Positions 1 to 6,379 of a DNA stretch of 6,379 nucleotides are shown piece by piece; within the stretch, counting starts at the first letter, position 1; every line of letters starts with the position of its first letter. The stretch is taken from contig NW_003314695.1 in the NCBI RefSeq assembly GCF_000143415.4, positions 1 through 6,379 on the forward strand. The letters are read 5' to 3'. The notes under the pieces are model-generated. The model was not told the origin of the DNA and did not search any database. It saw only the letters and a program-made list of their open reading frames with translations. This stretch comes from Selaginella moellendorffii. Taxonomy: Eukaryota; Plantae; Lycopodiophyta. A program made the position numbers and the translations under genes.

Positions 1-50
1 TAATTGGCGCATTTTCATTCTTTTCTTAAGTTTTCATGAAACGCTTACAG

Positions 51-1217
51 GAAAGACTAGAAAGGGAGTACAATTTAAATTTGATTACAACCGCACCAAG
101 TGTTGTGTACAATATTGAACGGCTTGACGGAGAAACTGTAAGTACCGTTTTTCTTGGTAAAACCGTGATGATATCTTGATTCCCAGGTTGAATGCTCGAA
201 TCCTTCGGAACTCCCTGAAAATCGCAAATGTATTTCGGAGCCTTATGTGAAGGTGGGCATAATTTTATATGGCTTTTTGCAAAAGTTTAAACTTTTAAGA
301 TCCAGATTGATCTGATAACACCGAAAGAGTACATTGGCACTCTGATGGAGCTCGCACAAGAAAGGCGTGGAGAATTCAGAGAGATGAATTATATCACTGA
401 AAACCGTGCTTGTGTTGTTTATGATCTTCCTCTGGCTGAGGTACAGTACTCTCAAGCATTTTCTTCTGCTTGAATGCCGTTTAACATTTTGGTAGATGGT
501 TGGAGATTTCTTTGATCAATTGAAGTCACGTAGCAAGGGCTACGCGAGCATGGAGTACTCCATTACCGGGTAGATCAAAAGCTCTTCGTAGGCTGGTATT
601 GAATCATACGTTTAATCATGCAGATATCGCGTGAGTGATCTTGTCAAACTTGATATACGAATCAATGGGGAGCCTGTGGAGCCGCTATCGGCAATCGTTC
701 ACAAAGATAAGGTATTTGTTCACTGTTTCTACTCAGCATAGCAATTTAATCTCTCCATTTCGACAGGCGTACACCATAGGACGCGCTCTGACGGAGAAAC
801 TCAAAAGTTTGATTCCCCGCCAGCTCTTCAAAATACCAATTCAGGTGTCACCTCTTTCATTTTCCGTATTCTACAAAACTCTAACCCGAGATCTCTCTAC
901 AGGCTTGCCTTGGGTCTAGAGTCATTGCCAGTGAACAAATCTCAGCCATGCGCAAAGACGTGCTGGCCAAGTGCTACGGTCTGTGCTCTCCTTTCAACTC
1001 TTTGTACAGCTCTCAAAATCTTCCAATGCTGCAGGAGGAGACATAACGAGGAAGAAGAAGCTGTTGAAGAAACAAGTAAGTAGATAAGCCACTTGATACA
1101 CAGCTCACTTGTTCAATGCAGGCCGAAGGCAAGAAACGAATGAAATCGGTGGGAAGAGTGGAGGTTCCCCAAGACGCGTTCATGGCGGTGTTAAGGCTTG
1201 AGAAAGATGTGGTTTAA
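51..1217 (+). CDS. GUF1: Translation factor GUF1/LepA (elongation factor 4), chloroplast type; 3' part, 9 exons, 5' portion outside the window
   Basis: Exons 51-137, 187-252, 306-440, 496-569, 624-711, 767-844, 903-978, 1035-1075 and 1122-1217 are all bounded by AG/GT and splice in frame (introns 49, 53, 55, 54, 55, 58, 56, 46 nt). The translation [20 protein letters not shown]...[28 protein letters not shown]...[13 protein letters not shown]...[54 protein letters not shown] contains the hallmark LepA C-terminal motifs. The LEKDVV tail resembles plant plastid copies. Confidence 0.97.
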
Positions 1218-1356
1218 TTGTAAGAGGTACAATGAACAAGGTACTGGAAAGCCAGAATGGCCTACACAAGCGTGCATTCTAGCGGGCTAATCTTCTGGGG
1301 GCACAGTATTTTGCCGCAATCTCCAATAAGCTCTTTCTAAAGAACTTTAAACAGCG

Positions 1357-1398
1357 TTTGGCGCCAATTTTATAAAATTAGGGTTATTTTGCCCTAAT
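1357..1398 (+). promoter_or_regulatory. Possible IFT81 core promoter elements (TTTGGCGC E2F-like site, TATAAAA, telo-box-like TTAGGGTT)
   Basis: The motifs cluster in the ~180-nt gap between the GUF1 stop and the putative IFT81 ATG at 1397. Short motifs like these can arise by chance. Confidence 0.25.
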
Positions 1399-2581
1399 GC
1401 TATCTTCTAGGTTTGTGGAGTTCACTAGATTATTCTTTTTTGGTTTCTTTACTTGAGCAGCCATAGAGCCCAGCTTCTGCACCAGCTACTTGTCCGCGTT
1501 TTGAGCTACATCAGTCCCAACCAGGTAACTCACCCATCTAAATGCCTATCGATTCATTCTTCTTCCAGAAGAAATGCTTGGAGAGCGATGGGCTAGAGGC
1601 GTCCACTGCTTGCATGATGGAGCTCTTGCGCTCCTATTATTTCCCTAACATGGATGCGTAAGAAGAAACTATTTTTTTCTGGATTCAATCGCTTTCCTAA
1701 TGCAGGATATCATTTCGTCAAGGTCTATCTTCCGGGAGCAAAGACGTGATTTATCCTTTGCTCTCGTGGCTGCTTCCTCAGGTCATTTTCCATCTAAACA
1801 GTCATGCAAAGTGAGTTTTGTTTCTTCCTCTAACTTCTTCTTGCTGGTGGCTGCTTGGCTATTGTTTTCTAGATTGTGGTGTTTAAGAAGCACGTATACT
1901 TGTCACACTTCCTAAACGAAGTGGAGATTCCTGGAGAGCTTCTCTTGGACGGGGACTGCAACATCTTGCAAGCGCAATGCTGAGCTCTGAGGGACCATTT
2001 CAAAGCCAACTATTGCCGGCTGCAAAGCCTCCAGGAAGACGTGGTCTCCTTGCGAGAAAACGTCCACAGACTGGAAGCCGAGAAAGAACACCTGTCAACA
2101 AAGGTCTCCAAATTGCGAGCCAAGCTCCAAGTAAGTCGTTCACATCTGGTTTCTTTGTCCTCTTTCTCCTGCTGCTAGATTGTGCTTTGTTTGGTTTTGG
2201 CCAGAATGTAGCAAAGCTCGATCAAATCCTCGCATTGGTTGAGCAACACAGGGTCGAACAGCGACACAAGACGCTCTTGACAAAGTTTTGAATGACCCCA
2301 ACTACAGCGATGACAAAATCTCGCGAATTCTTTTTTTTTGTTGCAATGGAGGTTCTTTCAACACAGGCAAAGCTTGTATCAGCAAACAACGAGCTCAAAT
2401 CTCTGAGGAAAGGAGCGAGAAGAGAAACGAGCTCTCCCCCGACGGCGACTCTGTGCAGTGGCAGCAGAGTGCTTTGGTCAGGGAGAGGCTCAAAGCAGCG
2501 TTTGACAAGCTCACGGCTCTCATGGCAAGAAAAGAGCAGCTCATAGTCGACCTCTCCCAAAGGCTATATCAATGTAACTAG
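1397..2581 (+). pseudogene. IFT81: Intraflagellar transport protein 81 (IFT81), N-terminal half, disrupted and 3'-truncated
   Basis: Exons 1397-1410 (tentative), 1461-1524, 1569-1657, 1706-1781, 1873-2130, 2205-~2325 and 2367-~2560, with consistent phases up to 2205. The translation QLLHQLLVRVLSYISPNQ...SFRQGLSSGSKDVIYPLLSWLLPQIVVFKKHVYLSHFLNEVEIPGELLLD matches the IFT81 calponin-homology region as recalled ([21 protein letters not shown]...KKRAYLARFL...EVP). Later coiled-coil segments LEAEKEHLSTKV and QQSALVRERLKAAFDKL also fit. In-frame TGA at 1981-1983 and 2289-2291; frame changes near 2270-2290 and near 2405. Confidence 0.88.
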
Positions 2582-4000
2582 TTTGAGTTATCAATAAATT
2601 TTCCAGTTTGCATTTTAACAAATTAATACCCAATTGCAACACTGCCATGATCAGCTCTTACAGCTTGAGGAACAATGATGAGATGCTGTTGCAATCAACA
2701 AGTTGTGCCGAAGGCATATGGCTATGTATCATGTAAAGCAAATGTGGCAAAAGAGTGTTATTTGGCTCATCCTCAAGAGTGTCGTTGTGGCAAGTGCCAG
2801 TGAAGATTGTTATTATTTTCACCTCCAGACAATGGCAAGTAAGCTACTTCCAAATCCATAGTATAATTCATACTTGAGGTGCTACGACTTTTAATACCTC
2901 CATATCCATCATTTTTATTCAGTTTTGTTCACTAATAGTGTATGGTTCTTTTCAAAAGGTCAAGGTGATGGTGAGATGCTTTTGGATAGAGTTTAGTGCT
3001 GTGTTGGGATTATCCCCCAGTGTGTCTATAGATAACATAGTGATCATCAAGTATGCTCAGATTGGATTTGTGTTATACATAGTTTTTACTTGAAGTCTAA
3101 AGGAGAGTTATGGAATTGCATTCATGCATAGGTGATCTTTCAAGCTCATCATTTGCCTCATATATCGCTCTTGAGGTATCTTGGAGTCCTTCAGAATTTT
3201 ATGCTCATAAGGATAGATGGTTGATATTTAAAATAAATTATGAGCTTAGAAAGCTGATTTACTAGTGCACATTTAGGAATGCTCTATCATATAAAATGTT
3301 CTACTATAATATAGAAATCAAAGTGATTACTGCAAAGTGATACAAAACATAGTGATAGTTAACTTATTTATTCTAAGATTTTCAGTTGAGTTTGGAGTTT
3401 TAAAAGGCCCTGAGAATAGATTTACTCTCAACTCATGGCTATGCTTGTACTTTTGCATTTGTTTTAAAGTTTTAACAATTATATTTGGTGGATTGCTTTT
3501 GACATCGTTTTGCTTGTCTACAAGCGTAATTTTGGTCTTCCTGATATCCTTGGACACATATTAATTCATAACAACTTTCGCACCATGGAGAGCAATATAC
3601 TCCTTTATAGATTCACCATAACAGGTGTCTTTAGTGTTCTTCAGCACTTAGATGATCTTGCCTGGGTTTCCAGCTTTCCAGCCCCCTATCACCTTGCCCT
3701 GCACTATGTGCCTCCTCTCTAACAAGCAAAATACCTGTTGAAAGAAGTAAACTTACAGAACACACTACATATTAAATATTAGAAGATAATCATTTTAGTT
3801 AGGCTTGAATATCAAAAAGCTTGTTTAAATATTATAAGAACTAATTAAAGAACTGATAAAGGAACCACAAATGCCTCAGATGAAAGTTTGGGCTACCTAC
3901 TATTTACCAGCCATCAGAGGAGCTGCAACTGTTAGTTCAGGGTTGAAAGACATCTTTGTAGAAAGGTGAGTAGTCAAGTTAAGACGTTTTTGTTATAATC
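2582..4000. other. AT-rich, CpG-depleted block; possible decayed transposon or gene relic
   Basis: About 8 CpG in ~1.4 kb by manual count, far sparser than the flanking genes. No recognisable protein and no terminal repeats seen. Confidence 0.45.
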
Positions 4001-4009
4001 ATAGGGTAT

Positions 4010-6377
4010 TCAGATCTCCAGCTCTAACCATGCTTTGAGGAGTGGTAGATACAAGGCGTTCAACACTGGGGAGTTCAAGCTGCTCCGAAATCTTCTGCGG
4101 ATCTTAATAACATCGGAACCATTGGCCGCATTTACCCATGGCAATGGTACATGCAGACAGTCCAGTGCCACATACACAAGGCTTTCTAAATCGGAATGGA
4201 TTCCTGGAGTTTGACTTCCAGAAAAAAAGCAAGTACCTGAATAAAGCCAATCAGGTACATTGGTGGGATGATCAATATCGGGCAGCCGGCTGGCTAATCC
4301 CCAGTCAATAAGTCGGTAACGTCCATTTTCGTCTCGGCAGATGTTGCGGGGTGCAACATCGTTGTGCGAAATCCCATGCTCGCCATACACATGAGAAAGT
4401 ACCATATAAATGGCCTTTGTCATATGGAAAACGTCTTCAGGCGTCATTGTGTCTCTGTTGATTTTGTGCCCCGCATCTTCCAAGAGTAACGCAGGAACCC
4501 CCCTCCAGACTACTGCCCTCGCCTTCACAGAGTCCTCTGGACACAGATACTGACGAATTAAAAGCTCTCGCTGAACCTGCTTGTACCGGTCATCTACTGT
4601 TGCTGCTTTAATCCAGGCTTTCAATCTCGATCCATGGATTGTCACGGGGAATAGATACCGATGCTCTTTCTCAGCTGCCTCAGCCTTAACCGGTTGAACT
4701 AGCTGCTCTTCATCAACACTTACTTCCATTCTCTCTGTTCTCAACCCGGCAGCACCACTAGCATCACCTTGAAGCAGACTCTGTGGCAGGAACCCGGCTT
4801 TGATCAGAGCAATAACTACCTCTTTGAGGACTTGATCGACCCCCCTTGAATCCATATCTAAACTCCTGGCCTCTCCTATCTTTATGTCGCTACCCTCCAC
4901 GATTTTCAGTACCCGGCTGGCTTTGAAATGATCTTCGGATTTGGTGGAGTCAGTCCGGACGGTTATAACATGCACGCCGCTGGATACAAACCCGCTCTGA
5001 ACCCTGTTGTGAGACTGCCTTGCCATGTGAATTTCACCAATTTGGCCTCGAGCCGTTTGTAGAAGCGGGCTGAGAAGCTCCCGACTATCGTCGCTGGGAA
5101 CAATACGCTGCTTTTTCTTGCTCATGCTGTTGTTCTCCTCACTTTCGTCGCTTTCGTCGCTTTTCTGATCAGAAGACGGCACCCTGCTTCTCTTCGCCCT
5201 GGTCTCCTCCTGAATGTCATCACCCTTCCGCTTCAGACTCTTCAGCTCTATTAGGAACCTGCACCTCGAACTCGACCTTTCAACTTCAACCTCTACGTGC
5301 GGAATTCGCTTCCCGTTTGATGTCTGAACTGGAACCAGAACCTTGACCGAAATTCTAGGCAGAGCTTTGTCTTTGTCAAGGACCCGAAAAATACTTTCCA
5401 ACAGCACTGCAAAACAAAGGCCACAGGCAGCGTAGTGTTCGACTCCGACATTTGCCTGAGCCTCATCAGAGGCATACATGCTCTTCCCTGCATTCAAGGA
5501 CAAGGATTTGTAGCAAAGAAGAAAGAAGATTAGAAAACAGTACCGCCAAGCTGGTCAGGCTCCGTTCCTTCCACATATGAAACTTGTAAATGTTCAAAGC
5601 CTCTTCCCTTATAGTCTGCACAAACATCTTTTCTGATCCGGTCCCAGCCTTTGATTCCCTCTTGGTTAAGTGTGTCGAGCACATATCGACCTCCAAATGC
5701 TGATGCAAGTGTGAAGACAAAATTTTAAACAAAACAAACAATAAACAAATAAACATACCAAGCGGTTTGGGCAGAAACGATCTCCACCGGATTGCATGCA
5801 AATCAGTATTGCCATGCAGGAGTTGATGCAAAGGACTCCACTTATCCAGTACAAGCTTGATGAAGTCAGCAGCTTCACTGTCAGAGAACTTCTCCATGTC
5901 GAAAATGGTATGAGCATTTTTTATGACTGTTTCTATCCTCCTCCTCTCCTCTTCTTCTTTTTTATCCTCCAACTCCAGCCCCGCTTTCTTCAACTCGAAT
6001 TTCCCTTTCTCAAACTCCAATTTCCGTCTCTGAAACTCTTTCTGAAACTCCAATAACGCTTTCTCAAACTCCAATTTCCGTCTCTGAAACTCTTTCTGAA
6101 ACTCGAACTCGCCTTTCTGAAACTCCAATAACGCTTTCTCAAACTCCAATTTCCGTCTCTGAAACTCTTTCAGAAACTCGAACTCCCCTTTCTGAAACTC
6201 TTTCTGAAACTCCAATTTCCCTTTCCATTTCTGCTGCTGAAACTCGAATTTCTGCTGCTTCCACCATGTAGCTGCAATTGCCATCAGGGTTGGCTTTGGC
6301 TTCTCAGTGCGGTACTCCTGTGGCTGGAGCTTAGCCAGGGCCTTCCTGTGAGATACATTGTCAACAGGACTTTTTCC
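4010..6377 (-). CDS. Spliced coiled-coil + REase-like + protein kinase gene (Crinkler/CR-type architecture); 719 aa from ATG 6284, with the frame open to the window edge
   Basis: Exons 6284 (or further upstream)-5759, 5699-5544 and 5487-4010. Intron 5758-5700 (GTATGT...CATCAG, 59 nt, T-rich) and intron 5543-5488 (GTACTG...ATGCAG, 56 nt) are both phase 1. The middle exon is stop-free (AFGGRYVLDTLNQEGIKGWDRIRKDVCADYKGRGFEHLQVSYVEGTEPDQLG). 526+156+1478 = 2160 nt = 720 codons including the stop. Confidence 0.85.
4013..4670 (-). other. Atypical protein kinase domain (non-RD, FunK1/CK1-like C-lobe)
   Basis: Beta3 Lys in AWIK (4609-4607), alphaC Glu in QRE, catalytic loop HNDVAPRN (4366-4343), DWG (4306-4298), GTCFFS, DLESLVYV and LPW occur in the correct order and spacing. 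Confidence 0.92.
4770..5480 (-). other. Putative PD-(D/E)xK restriction-endonuclease-fold domain
   Basis: Acidic helix (SDEAQ), strand GKRIPHVEVEV at the PD position, FLIELK (ELK at 5248-5240), helix ARGQIGEIH and strands GFVSSGVHVITV follow the order typical of CR-REase domains. Pattern recognition only; boundaries approximate. Confidence 0.6.
5986..6260 (-). repeat. Coding minisatellite made of 21-nt and 12-nt modules, encoding an EF-repeat coiled coil
   Basis: The 45-nt block tttctcaaactccaatttccgtctctgaaactctttc(t/a)gaaactc starts at 6006, 6060 and 6135 on + (spacings 54 and 75 nt). Protein modules are EFQK, EFQKGEF, EFQRRKL and EFEKALL. Confidence 0.95.
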
Positions 6378-6379
6378 GA

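Noticed and set aside
243-919. ORFs 243-455 (-) and 635-919 (+)
   Set aside because: They are antisense to, or intron read-through of, GUF1 exons.
1981-1983. In-frame TGA as selenocysteine or readthrough
   Set aside because: The same gene has frameshifts, a deletion and a truncation; IFT81 is not a selenoprotein, and land plants lack Sec insertion.
1700-2581. Five short ORFs as independent genes
   Set aside because: They are alternative frames, antisense frames or fragments of the IFT81 pseudogene.
2560-3240. Protein-like minus-strand frame interrupted by stops
   Set aside because: About 14 stops in ~230 codons is near random expectation for AT-rich DNA, and no motif was recognised.
3337-3722. 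Plus-strand ORFs 3337-3564 and 3510-3722
   Set aside because: Short, with non-ATG starts and no motifs; likely shadows of the minus-strand frame.
5466-5503. Two overlapping genes, an operon-like toxin/partner pair or a programmed frameshift
   Set aside because: Splicing joins the ORFs in frame; the TTG 'start' at 5503 lies inside an intron.
5466-5758. Hydrophobic 'transmembrane' C-terminus of the 272-aa ORF (MFICLLFVLFKILSS, LAVLFSNLLSSLLQILVL)
   Set aside because: Both stretches are translations of T-rich introns (5758-5700 and 5543-5488).
5293-6056. ORFs 5293-5493 (-), 5666-5917 (-) and 5796-6056 (+)
   Set aside because: They are alternative or antisense frames of the spliced kinase gene.
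5986-6260. CRISPR-like array of near-identical repeats
   Set aside because: The intervening segments are themselves repeated, all units are multiples of 3 within an ORF, and the context is eukaryotic with no cas genes. It is a coding minisatellite.

Overview
Eukaryotic genomic DNA with very short GT-AG introns (mostly 44-59 nt). It contains both a plastid-type LepA gene and a ciliary IFT gene, which points to a compact-genome land plant with flagellated sperm (Selaginella-like; inference). Contents in order: (1) the last 9 coding exons of a chloroplast-type GUF1/LepA (EF4) gene on +, intact in the window; (2) a multi-exon IFT81 copy on + that the ORF track misses, disabled by a nonsense codon, an internal deletion, frameshifts and 3' truncation; (3) a ~1.4 kb AT-rich, strongly CpG-depleted block with no recognisable gene; (4) on -, one spliced gene (at least 719 aa, 5' end probably outside the window) that joins the two long ORFs through a hidden 156-nt exon. 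Its architecture is minisatellite-encoded Phe-rich coiled coil + PD-(D/E)xK restriction-endonuclease-like domain + atypical non-RD protein kinase, resembling Crinkler-type (CR) REase+kinase effector proteins. All family assignments come from motif recognition by eye, not from database searches.
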